Source: an uncultured Fibrobacterota bacterium (GTDB lineage Bacteria > Fibrobacterota > Chitinivibrionia > Chitinivibrionales > FEN-1185). From it: DNA of 64,000 nt. Position 1 is the stretch's first letter. Every line of letters starts with the position of its first letter. The position numbers and the translations under genes were made by a program. The notes beneath the pieces are model-generated. The model ran no database searches and had not been told where the DNA came from. It worked only from the letters and a program-made list of their open reading frames with translations. This document shows, one piece after another, positions 50,115 to 59,400 of the stretch. The stretch spans positions 32,001 through 96,000 of the forward strand of contig CAVWBU010000016.1 of assembly GCA_963753345.1 (NCBI GenBank), in the 5' to 3' direction.

Positions 50115-50816
50115 ATGGCCAAGATACCTCAAATCCCATCATATCCATTGGGACAGTGTTTTGAAGATGTAAGAAAGATTTATGACCAATATTCACATGC
50201 CACTTTTAGCAGAGCAGAAGTAGCGAATGCGTTGGGATATTCAGCTAGTTCGGGTCCTTTTGGAAGCAGGATGGCATCATTTAGGGTCTACAACTTGCTA
50301 GAAGAGAAGGATGGTGGTTATAAAGCAACAGATTTGTTCAAAGCCCTGAAAATCACTCAGAAAGGCACTCCAGAATTTAGTCAGTATTCCATTCAAGCCA
50401 TTAAGAGCTCAGCCCTTTTCGAAGAAATTTTAAGCGAATTCCGCCATAAAATTCCAGAAATGAAGATCTTGTCCCAGAGACTTGAAATCCAGAAAAAGTT
50501 TTCTGCTGAAAAGGCGAGGGATATCGCCTCCGTTTTCATAGAGTCTCTCAACTTTGCTGGTGTTCTGGATTCAAACAATAATTTCCTTGAGCCTAAAAAA
50601 ACTGACCCTGCAAACGCAAGTCCCTCAATAAGTATCTCAAGCCGGAGAGCCAACGATACTCAGGGTGGTTTAGATTCAAGCGTTACTGCTGGAAATAGCC
50701 TGCAAATTGAAATTGCACTGGCTAACAACAGAATAGCAAGGGTGGTCTATCCAAGAGACATTTCAAAAGATGATGCTGCTAAAATCGGAAATGTGTTAGG
50801 CGCAATAGCGGGATAG
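50115..50816 (+). CDS. Hypothetical protein, predicted winged-helix-like N-terminus
   Basis: AGGAGG RBS; SRAEVANALGYSASSGPFGSRMASFRVYNLLE HTH-like segment; AT-rich. Confidence 0.75.
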   Translation: MAKIPQIPSYPLGQCFEDVRKIYDQYSHATFSRAEVANALGYSASSGPFGSRMASFRVYNLLEEKDGGYKATDLFKALKITQKGTPEFSQYSIQAIKSSALFEEILSEFRHKIPEMKILSQRLEIQKKFSAEKARDIASVFIESLNFAGVLDSNNNFLEPKKTDPANASPSISISSRRANDTQGGLDSSVTAGNSLQIEIALANNRIARVVYPRDISKDDAAKIGNVLGAIAG

Positions 50817-50825
50817 GGAGCAAAA

Positions 50826-51326
50826 ATGGAAAAAGTAAATTTTGCATTCATTGATGGTCAAAACCTGAATCTTGGAATTCAACGCCTTGGTTGGAAACTG
50901 GATCTAAAAAGGTTCCGTATATATTTGAAAGAAAAATATGGGATTTCAAAGGCTTACTATTTTATTGGCTATCTCCCTGAAAACCAAAATCTTTATAAAT
51001 CCCTTCAGGAATTCGGATACGTTTTGATTTTCAAGCCTACAATGAAAACCCCTGACGGGAAAATCAAAGGGAACTGTGATGCCGAACTTGTTCTTCAGGC
51101 TATGATTGATTTTCCACATTATGACAAAGCCGTAATTGTGACCAGTGACGGAGATTTCAGTTGTTTAGTTGAATATTTCTATAGACAAAACAAACTGGAA
51201 GTAATCTTGTCTCCCGGCAGGGAGCACTGCTCAAGCTTGCTAAGAAAAGCGGGGAGAGAAAAGATTCAATTTTTGGACGATTTGAGGAATAAACTCGAGT
51301 TTCTAAAAGAAAAAGCACCGCTATAG
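50826..51326 (+). CDS. NYN (LabA/DUF88, PIN-like) domain ribonuclease
   Basis: FIDGQNL; KGNCDAELV; IVTSDGDFS; SSLLR. Confidence 0.9.
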   Translation: MEKVNFAFIDGQNLNLGIQRLGWKLDLKRFRIYLKEKYGISKAYYFIGYLPENQNLYKSLQEFGYVLIFKPTMKTPDGKIKGNCDAELVLQAMIDFPHYDKAVIVTSDGDFSCLVEYFYRQNKLEVILSPGREHCSSLLRKAGREKIQFLDDLRNKLEFLKEKAPL

Positions 51327-51363
51327 GACGAAACCTATAGAAGTGCCTTTTCATCGTAATCTT
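51305..51363 (-). ncRNA. Predicted small antisense RNA overlapping the NYN gene 3' end
   Basis: Minus-strand promoter TTGAAT(51398-51393)-17-TATATT(51375-51370), then a hairpin (51310-51351) and a U-rich tail. Confidence 0.45.
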
Positions 51364-51437
51364 ACTTTTAATATACGCCTTTCTTCGCCAAAATTCAAGC
51401 TCTTTCATTGCCATTGATGTCCTGAGCCAGCAACAAT

Positions 51438-51563
51438 GCACAACAGCCACGTTACGCAAGGCCCTTCGGGCACATGGCCAGCGTTTGAATAAGACGTGTC
51501 ATGTCGCTTTGCTCCGTCACGTTTTCTAACGCTGGCCACGTCGTAACACGGCAAACGTTGAGC
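51438..51563 (+). mobile_element. attC-like recombination site 2
   Basis: GCACAAC...GTTGAGC (fits GTTRRRY); stems GTTACG/CGTAAC, TGGCCAGCGTT/AACGCTGGCCA, ACGTG/CACGT; side hairpin GCCC-TTC-GGGC. Confidence 0.7.
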
Positions 51564-51682
51564 TTTTCATTCACTCACATGCCATCCAGATCCGTAATAA
51601 TGAACTACAATGAGCAATAAAGGAGTCCCCATGCTTCATCACCCTCTACCTTTTATCAACAACCTGATCCCCTAACGCTCCC

Positions 51683-52404
51683 ATGAGACTTCTCTTCCTC
51701 CTGATCCCGCTTTCCTTTCTTTATTCAATATGCTGGCCCCAGGAACCTGCTGCTGTTTCTCGGAACAGCGTTTTCCCGGTAGTGATCATTGTTTCCACAA
51801 CCGGAACATCGATCTCATGGTTCTCGGCACCATTGGCGCCGCCCACGCGCGCAATCCCCATTTCACCTGGGCGCATCTCGATTCCCTGCTGCAGCGAATC
51901 GCCCCGGAGCTGCTTCTGGTGCAGATCCGTCCCGACCATTGTGACAAACAGGAATTCTTCGACGGCGCGCCCGACATGGCGTATCTGGCGCACGCCGCTC
52001 AGAAAATGAAGATTGAATGCCGCGGCATCGACTGGTGGCTCGACATGCAGATCGTGAATTGGGACAAGGTGGACCCAAAAGAGCGGATCGGACATATCAA
52101 TGAGAACATACGCAACGTCCTCGGTTCAACGCGCGCCCAAATGATCCTTATCGCCGTCGACCTGTCGTTCGTGGATTCGGTCCGCAACTGCCTGATCCTC
52201 GACAGCCTCAGGGAATGGACCTGTCCGCAGACCCGGTTCGCCCTTGCGAAGCCCTCCGACCTCCCGCCCGAAACGATCGACTTCTTCAGGGACGGAATGG
52301 TGTACCTGTCGTATTTGCCCTATGCCAGTGCCGCACCAGTGCAAAAGAAAATCAATGATCTGCGCGAGATTGTAAAAGGCAAGGGATATTGTTTCGAGCG
52401 TTGA
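51683..52404 (+). CDS. Exported hypothetical protein, split by a frameshift at about 51737-51762
   Basis: Signal peptide is in ORF 51683; the body (VLGTIGAAH...PELLLVQIRP...GIDWW) is in ORF 51730-52404. Confidence 0.55.
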
Positions 52405-52434
52405 CTAAGCGGAAAAGACGGCACCGGACGGAAA

Positions 52435-53283
52435 TTAATACTTTGTCCCATACACCACCTGCAGCCGGACATCGGGCAGGCTGAGCATGGTAAAAGAAGT
52501 GTTGTCAGTCAAAAACCCCGCTACACCCATTGAAACAAGGTTTGTCGCAAGAACCACGGTGACTGGGCCTATCTCTTTGAACACTCCCGCCGATAGGGAA
52601 GCCCAGAGGAGCCTCACGTCAATATCCTCCTGATATCGGTACATCCAATAGAAGTACTGAACGTTCGGCGCCAGGAAATACTTGAGCCCCCCGTATTCCT
52701 TCATCGTGTTTATGGTCCCGTTGAATCCGATGGAAGGGCAGAACGACCCGCCATTGTCGCGTATCAGACTGTCGGTACTATTGCCGGAATAGAAAATAAG
52801 GGCGCGGTAGTCCGAGTTCCTGGTGCCGAACGTGAAATACAGTCTGGCGCCGATGACCGGATTCGAAAGGTGCGCGCCGACCCCGAGCATAACGTCATAG
52901 TACAAATTCCGGTTGTAATACGAGCCGTTGACGTTTGCCGTGAATGAAAAAGGCACTTTCGAATTGAAGGTGAGGAAAAGACCGGCCTTGGTTTCAGGCA
53001 CCGACCAGTTTACGTTGTTCGGGACCACGAGTGTATCGGCGGGATCGGTTGCCGCCGACTGCGGCCCGTCCTGGTAGTGGAGCCCGTAACCGCCGTTGTA
53101 TCCCAGAAAGCCGCCGACCTCAAAACTCTTGGAGGAATTCGGCCGTTCAACGTTGACCGGAGTGACCGGGGAGGTTGCGGTGAGTTCCAGATCCCGCAGG
53201 GAATACACCACGCAGCCGTCAAAAAACACTATCGCAATTGACGACAGAACAGTGCCGCAGATTGTTTTCGAAGGGTATTTCAT
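52435..53283 (-). CDS. Hypothetical lipoprotein or outer-membrane beta-rich protein
   Basis: AAGGT RBS; hydrophobic leader ending DGC; beta-strand pattern. Confidence 0.65.
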   Translation of the reverse strand: MKYPSKTICGTVLSSIAIVFFDGCVVYSLRDLELTATSPVTPVNVERPNSSKSFEVGGFLGYNGGYGLHYQDGPQSAATDPADTLVVPNNVNWSVPETKAGLFLTFNSKVPFSFTANVNGSYYNRNLYYDVMLGVGAHLSNPVIGARLYFTFGTRNSDYRALIFYSGNSTDSLIRDNGGSFCPSIGFNGTINTMKEYGGLKYFLAPNVQYFYWMYRYQEDIDVRLLWASLSAGVFKEIGPVTVVLATNLVSMGVAGFLTDNTSFTMLSLPDVRLQVVYGTKY

Positions 53284-53396
53284 GGTTGCACCTTGACCTT
53301 TCGGAAACCTTTCGCAGACGCTTTTGCTCCAATGGTAATATAAATCCTCGCCGCTCCCGTTCCGCAAGTTGTGCCACCGTGATCTCCTTGCCCCTT

Positions 53397-54632
53397 TCAC
53401 TTTCTCAGCATGTCTCCCACCGCGAGCGCCTTTTCCGCATTCGCTATCACCAGCCTGTTTGTCAACGCCCTGTCCAGCCTGTTGCCTTCAAGATCGGTTA
53501 TTTCCCGGATTGCAGTCGCAAACGGCATTTTCTCCTTTCTCACCGGCAGGACGTTGAGAACGTCGCCTACACAGAACGGATTTTTCACGTCGACTACCGC
53601 GCCCCTGCCCGCGAGGATTTCACGCACCACCCCGACGATCCTCATTGTCGGGAGCGGCCTGCTGTCGGTCACGTCCTGAAGCGCGTATTCGCCCATATAG
53701 AACCCGGTGGTGTACGGCCGGTGGTCGAGCCGTTCGATCTCCTCGCGCCATTCCTGCCTCACCGCATACGCGCCGCCCGCGGCGACGGCGTCGAGCGCGG
53801 CGCGGTACACCTTGACAACCGACGAGACGTAATGCGCGCTCCGGTTGCGGCCCTCTATCTTCACCGATGCGACTCCCGTCCCGACGATGCGGTCGAGGAT
53901 GGGCAGGCAGCACAGGTCCTTTGAATTGAACAGGAACGCTTTCGCAGGCGCGTTGCCGTCTTCCTCCTCCACCGTGAACCACTCCCCTGTTTCCGTTTCG
54001 TTGTCGTACATGGGCGACACGCGGTACCGGAACCGGCACGGCTGGCGGCAGTCGCCCTGGTTGGGGTGCCGCCTGCCCGTATACACGCCGAGCAGGCACC
54101 TGCCGGACACCGACATGCACATGGCGCCGTGAACAAACGCTTCCATTTCTATTGGTGAGGAACGGCACATCTCTTCTATTTGCGCGAGCGTGAGTTCCCG
54201 CGGAAGCACGATGCGCGTTATCCCCTGGCCCGCCCAGAATGCAGCGGCTGCGCTGTTGAAAGTGCCGGTCTGGGTGCTCAGGTGAAGGGCGGTCGAAGGC
54301 GCGTACCTGCGGCACAGGGAAACAACACCCGGATCGCTCACGATGAACGCATGCGGCATTATTTCTTTTTTCGCAAGCCCTGCGAGAAGAGACTCGATGC
54401 CGGGCATGGTTTCGTCGACAGGCATGGTGTTGAGAGCGACGTAAACCTTGCTTCGCTTTTCATGTGCGAACGCCAGGAGTTCTCCAAGTTCCGAAGGCGC
54501 GGCGTTTTTCGATCGGGCGCGGAGGTTGTACGGACCCACGCCGATGTAGACCGCATCGGCGCCATGGCGCAACGCCGCGCGGGCGCATTCGGCGTCCGCG
54601 GCAGGCGCAAGAAGTTCCGGTAAATGGATCAT
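53397..54632 (-). CDS. U32 family protein (TrhP/YegQ-like Fe-S hydroxylation protein)
   Basis: PELLAPA; GADAVY; HLSTQ; HGAMCMSVSGRC; CRQPCR; KIEGR. Confidence 0.92.
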   Translation of the reverse strand: MIHLPELLAPAADAECARAALRHGADAVYIGVGPYNLRARSKNAAPSELGELLAFAHEKRSKVYVALNTMPVDETMPGIESLLAGLAKKEIMPHAFIVSDPGVVSLCRRYAPSTALHLSTQTGTFNSAAAAFWAGQGITRIVLPRELTLAQIEEMCRSSPIEMEAFVHGAMCMSVSGRCLLGVYTGRRHPNQGDCRQPCRFRYRVSPMYDNETETGEWFTVEEEDGNAPAKAFLFNSKDLCCLPILDRIVGTGVASVKIEGRNRSAHYVSSVVKVYRAALDAVAAGGAYAVRQEWREEIERLDHRPYTTGFYMGEYALQDVTDSRPLPTMRIVGVVREILAGRGAVVDVKNPFCVGDVLNVLPVRKEKMPFATAIREITDLEGNRLDRALTNRLVIANAEKALAVGDMLRK

Positions 54633-54669
54633 ATTCTAAGGTGGGCTGCGCCACGAAGCGATGATCATT

Positions 54670-55194
54670 TCATTGCTGTTTTTCGGCCTTTGCGCCTCTG
54701 TGCTGGTCGGCCGAGTCGTTGCCGGTCCCGGCGGACGAAGAAGACGGCTCCTGACGCTTTTTCTGCGCGGCGGTGTCGGACTGCGCCGGCTTCATGGTAA
54801 GCACCTGTTGTATCGCCGATTCGTAGTCTTCCTTCGGCCTCAGGCCCTGCAGATACAAGACCACGGCCCTATCCTTTACAAAAAACACCGCGGGAATCGC
54901 AGACACGTGGAAATAGGCCGATACCTTCACATTCACGTCAACGTTTACCTTCATCACCTTTATTCGGCCGGCATATTTCTTCCTGATGTCCTCCAGGGTG
55001 GGACTCAGCATCCTGCACGGCATGCACCAGGTTGCCCAGAAGTCAATAAGCACCGGCACCTTTGACTTGAGGAGCTGGTCGACGATGATGTCCGACGAGT
55101 CGAAGGGCGCCTTGCTTTCCATAACGGGAGGAGGAAACTGCCCGAACGCAAGGACGTACAGAAATAGGACGACAGCAAGGGGTTTGAACGTCAT
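54670..55194 (-). CDS. Exported thioredoxin
   Basis: Signal peptide; LIDFWATWCMPC; AIPA. Confidence 0.88.
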   Translation of the reverse strand: MTFKPLAVVLFLYVLAFGQFPPPVMESKAPFDSSDIIVDQLLKSKVPVLIDFWATWCMPCRMLSPTLEDIRKKYAGRIKVMKVNVDVNVKVSAYFHVSAIPAVFFVKDRAVVLYLQGLRPKEDYESAIQQVLTMKPAQSDTAAQKKRQEPSSSSAGTGNDSADQHRGAKAEKQQ

Positions 55195-55228
55195 TTTTCT
55201 CCAATGGTGATGTACGTTTACGCGGCGG

Positions 55229-56368
55229 CTACTTCGGTTTCCTCGCGGCCTCCGCCTTCCGCGCCTCGTTCATACGCCGTATCTGCATCTTTTTCTTTTC
55301 GTGCTCTTCGCCGGTCATTGAGAAATCGTGCGCGCCCGACCCGTCCCATTTTGCCACAAAGTAAAGCTCCTTCGTCTGCGCCGGCGACAGCGCCGCGCGC
55401 AGCGACGCAAGCCCTGGCGAACAGATGGGGCCGGGAGGCAGTCCCGCGTACCGCCGGGTGTTGTACGGGGAATTCACGGCAAGGTCCGAAGCGAGCAGCG
55501 GGCCTGAGAACTTCCGCAGCACATACCGCACCGTGGGATCGGCGCCGAGCGGTATCCTCTTTACAAGCCGGTTGCAAAACACACCCGCCACAAGAGGACG
55601 CTCGGAATCGAGCGTGGCCTCTTTTTCCACGATCGAGGCGAGAATGATTACCTCGTGCCGCGAACGCGCGGGCGCGGAAGAATCGCGCGTGATGGAGGCG
55701 TACTGTTCGGCGCCGTGATCCACCATGCGCTTTACAATATCGAAAACCGTGACGTCGGGGGCAAACCGGTAGGTATCGGGGAACAGGTATCCCTCGGCGG
55801 ACTGCGCGGGAATGCCGAGCCGCCGCAGCGTCTCCTGGTCCCCGCAGACGCGCACGAATTCCGAGGAATCAACCGCAAGCGAGCGGCCGATTATCCCGGC
55901 GGTCTGTTCTATGGTGAGTCCCTCCGGAACGGTGACGATATGCTCTATCGGCTCGGCATGGAGCAGCTTTTGCGCCGCGGAAACCATTCCTTCGCCTTTG
56001 TAAAGCGACACCTTTCCGGCTTGGACCTTTTTTTCCATTCCCAGCAGTCTCACCCAGAAAACAAACGCAGTCGACGACGGTATCACCCGTTCTGCCTTGA
56101 GCTTCCGGGCCACACTATGGATTGAGGCGCCTTTTTCAACCACGATTTCAACGGGGACAGCTTTATCCAAGCGAGGCACGAACAGGTACACCGCCGCCCC
56201 CGCGATGAAGATCGCGACCAGCGCCAGAGAGAGAAAAAGGATCTTCAATTTCTGCATTAATCGGATCGACCACAGCACGCCGTAAAAAAGATATCCCAGC
56301 GCCGCAAGAAAATAAAGAGCGCCGGTGCACCACGTGCGGACAAGCGCTCTCAAAAAGCTGTTTTTCAT
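55229..56368 (-). CDS. mltG: Endolytic murein transglycosylase
   Basis: VPEG; EGYLFPDTY; LASIVEKE; GADPTV; SPYNT..YAGLPPGPICSPG; LYFVA. Confidence 0.93.
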   Translation of the reverse strand: MKNSFLRALVRTWCTGALYFLAALGYLFYGVLWSIRLMQKLKILFLSLALVAIFIAGAAVYLFVPRLDKAVPVEIVVEKGASIHSVARKLKAERVIPSSTAFVFWVRLLGMEKKVQAGKVSLYKGEGMVSAAQKLLHAEPIEHIVTVPEGLTIEQTAGIIGRSLAVDSSEFVRVCGDQETLRRLGIPAQSAEGYLFPDTYRFAPDVTVFDIVKRMVDHGAEQYASITRDSSAPARSRHEVIILASIVEKEATLDSERPLVAGVFCNRLVKRIPLGADPTVRYVLRKFSGPLLASDLAVNSPYNTRRYAGLPPGPICSPGLASLRAALSPAQTKELYFVAKWDGSGAHDFSMTGEEHEKKKMQIRRMNEARKAEAARKPK

Positions 56369-56429
56369 GGTGCATGAACTGCGACAGTATGAGGAAGCCG
56401 GCGCGCCGCCCGCGGTTCCCGCGTCGTCC

Positions 56430-59400
56430 TTACCAGTCGGTGTTGGCGTCCTGCTTTCCGGTTGTCGTCTTGCCGCCCGAGGCCTTCTGCAAAACGAAAT
56501 TGTAAAGACTCTTGATCTTTTCGTCGTCCTGCTTGAGCTTTTCCGCTTTTTCAAGCAGCGGCAGCGCATCCGTGAGCCTGTCGGTCTTGACGTATCCCCT
56601 GGCCAGCTGGTACATGTAATCGGGCGTATTGGCCTTCAGCGCGTTGGCCATCTCCAGAAACACCATCGCGTCATTGAAGAGACGCCTGTTGAGCAGGGTG
56701 ATGCCGATGTCCTCGCACGCGTCGGGATTGGTGGCGTCGTGTTGGATGTACGTCTGATACGCTTCCGTCTCAAGCTTCGGTTTCCCGAGTTTCCCGTATA
56801 TCTTGCCGATCTCGATCCACATGAGCGGGAGCGTGTCCTTGAGCGAGAGCCCTTTCTTGAGCAACATCGCCGCTTTTTCGAGATTCGCGGGCTGTTTCGC
56901 ATAAAGCAAGCCGGCGCCGAGGTAATTCCGGTAGTCCTTCGGATTCTTCGCCAGGTTCTCCTCGTAAATCCTGGCCGCGGAGGCCGGGTTGAGCGATTCC
57001 TCGATCTGGGCCCTTCGATAGGAAGCCTCGGGGTCGTTCACGTCCGGCAGCTTGACATAGGCTGCGTAGGCGCTTGCGGCGTTTGCATTGTCCCCTGTCT
57101 TTTCGTAGGAATCGGCGAGCATCCGAAGCGTCACGGCGTTGTGCGGGTTCTTCGCCTTGCCGCTCTTGCTCAGGCCATGCAGCCTCTCAAAAATGTCCGC
57201 GCTTTTCCTGTAGTCCTTGGCATAGTAGTAGGCGCGCCCGTAAAGGAAAAGAAATTCCACGTCCTCACCCTTCTCCTTCACCGCCTTGTTAAGCAGCTTG
57301 ATCGTCTCTTCGTAGTTCTTCTTCTTGAACTCGTCTTCGGCCACCAGCAGCGCGATATCGGGGTCGTTGGTGGTGGATTTGGCAAGGTATTTCTTGTATG
57401 CCTCGATCGCGTCATCCCGCTTTTGCTCTTTCATGTAAAGATCGCCAAGGACCTTGCATTCCTGGGTCGCGTCCGGGTTTATGGCGACCACCTGCTGATA
57501 TGAAACGATGGCGTCGGCGGTGTTGCCGCTCCTCAGCTGGCAGCGCGCAAGCGACGACAGGAGGGCGGTGTTCTTCTGGTCGAGCGACAGCGCCTTATTG
57601 TAGCTGGCCATCGCCTTGGGGTAGAGCATCTTCTTCTCGTAGATCGAACCGAGCGTCGCATAGGTGGACGCATCGGCCTCGCCCGAGGCCACCATCTTGG
57701 TGAGCACCGCGACCACCTCTTCGGGAGTTCCCCGGGCCACCACAAGCTCGGCATACCTTTTGTAAACTCCCTTGACGGACGGGTCTATCGACAGGGCCGT
57801 GCGGTACGCGAGGAAGGCGCCGCTCAGATCCTTCTGGTCGTAGAGATAGTCGCCCAGGTCCTTCTGGGCGTCCGCGTCGTGCGGGTTGATGGCGATGTAC
57901 TTCTTGAGGTAGGCTATCGCGGCTTCTTTTTCGTTGTTGTGCATGGCGATGTCGTACAGGCTCTTGTACGCGTCCGCGTTGGCGGGTTCAATGGCCGCGA
58001 CCTGCCGCAGCAGTTCCTTTGCCTTGTCGTAATCCTTTTTCTGGAGACAGGCCTGCGCATAGGCGTTAAGGAAGGAAACCTTTCTCGCATCTTCGCCCGC
58101 GACCATGCCGAAATACCGCACCGCATCGTCGTAGTTCTTGTTTTTAAACGCGTCCTGGCCCACAAAGACGGCGATCGCATAGTCTTTGGGCTGTTTTTCC
58201 AGGTACTTTTTGTAAACGGTCACCGCCTGGTCCTGTTTCTTCTGCTGCAGGTACATCTCGCCGAGCAGTTTGTACACCCGCATCTCCTGCGGATTGACGG
58301 CAATGACCTGCTCGTACGTGACGGCCGCCTCCGTGGTGTTGCCGGTCTTCACCTGGCAGGCGCCGAGCGCCATGAGCAGTGCGGTGTTCTTCGGATCGGA
58401 CGCAAGCGCCTTCTGGAACATCTGGATGGCCTGCGGGTACAGACCCTGCTTCTCGTAGACAATGCCCTGAGCGTTGTACATGGCGGCATCGGCCTCGCCC
58501 GCGGCAATCGCCCCCTTGACGGCTGCGGAAACCTCCGCGGAAAGCCCCTGCTCCGTGGCCATTTCAAAGTATCGTTTGTAAATTCCCTTGATGGTCGGAT
58601 CGAGCGCCAGCGCCTTCTTGTAGGCGGCGAGCGCACCGGGGAATTCCTTCCTCTCGTACAGAAGATCGCCCAGGTTCTTCTGCGCCGTTGCATCCGACGG
58701 CTTGAGAGCAAGGTATTTCCTGAGGTATCCCGCAGCGGCGGTTCTCTGGCTCGAGTCCTGCCACGCGATGGTGTACAGGATCCTGTAAACGTCCGGATTG
58801 TTCGGGGTGAGGATGGCGAGCTGGGCATACAGGTCTTTCGCCTTGTCGTAGTCCTTTTTCTGGTAGCACGAATACGCGTACATGGAAAGATAGGCGGACG
58901 TCTTTGTTTCGGTGCCCGCCACCATGCCGAGATATTTCGCGGCCTCGTCGTAGTTCTTGTTCGTGTACGCGTACTCGCCGATGGTGTACGCCACGGCATA
59001 GTCCTTAGGCTGTTTGTCAAGATATTTCTTGTACGTGGCGATCGCGAGGTCCTTCTTGTTCTGCGCAAGGTACATGTCGCCGAGCAACTTGTTCACGCGG
59101 GCGTCCTGGGGGCTTAGCGCGAGCACCTGTTCGTAGGTGACCGATGCCTCGGCGGAATTGCCGGCTTTCACCTGGCACGAAGCAAGCGCCATCAAAACCG
59201 CCGTGTTCTTGGGGTCCGTCGCAAGCGATTTCTGGAACATCTGGATGGCCTTGGCATACTGGGCTTCACGCTGGTAGGTGTTTCCCTGCGACGCGTACAT
59301 CCCCGCGTCGGCCTCGCCCGCGTTGATCGCGCCGGAAAGCGCCGCGCTGATGTCGGTCTGCACGCCGAGGGCGGTCGCGAGCTCGAAATACCTTTTGTAA

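Larger units (their letters stand above)
49797..51557 (+). mobile_element. Putative gene cassette 2 (two-gene AT-rich operon)
   Basis: Start G|TTCGTGCAAAATTGCTGGCT is complementary to AGCCAGCAACAATGCACAAC (51425-51444); strongly AT-rich relative to the host. Confidence 0.65.

Noticed and set aside
51326-51334. GGACGAAAC as a hammerhead ribozyme core
   Set aside because: No CUGANGA partner in a compatible position; the motif is the loop of a simple hairpin.
51631-51675. Tiny ORF MLHHPLPFINNLIP with an AAGGAG RBS after attC-like site 2
   Set aside because: Too short to support, and no closing attC-like hairpin found downstream; at most a cassette remnant.
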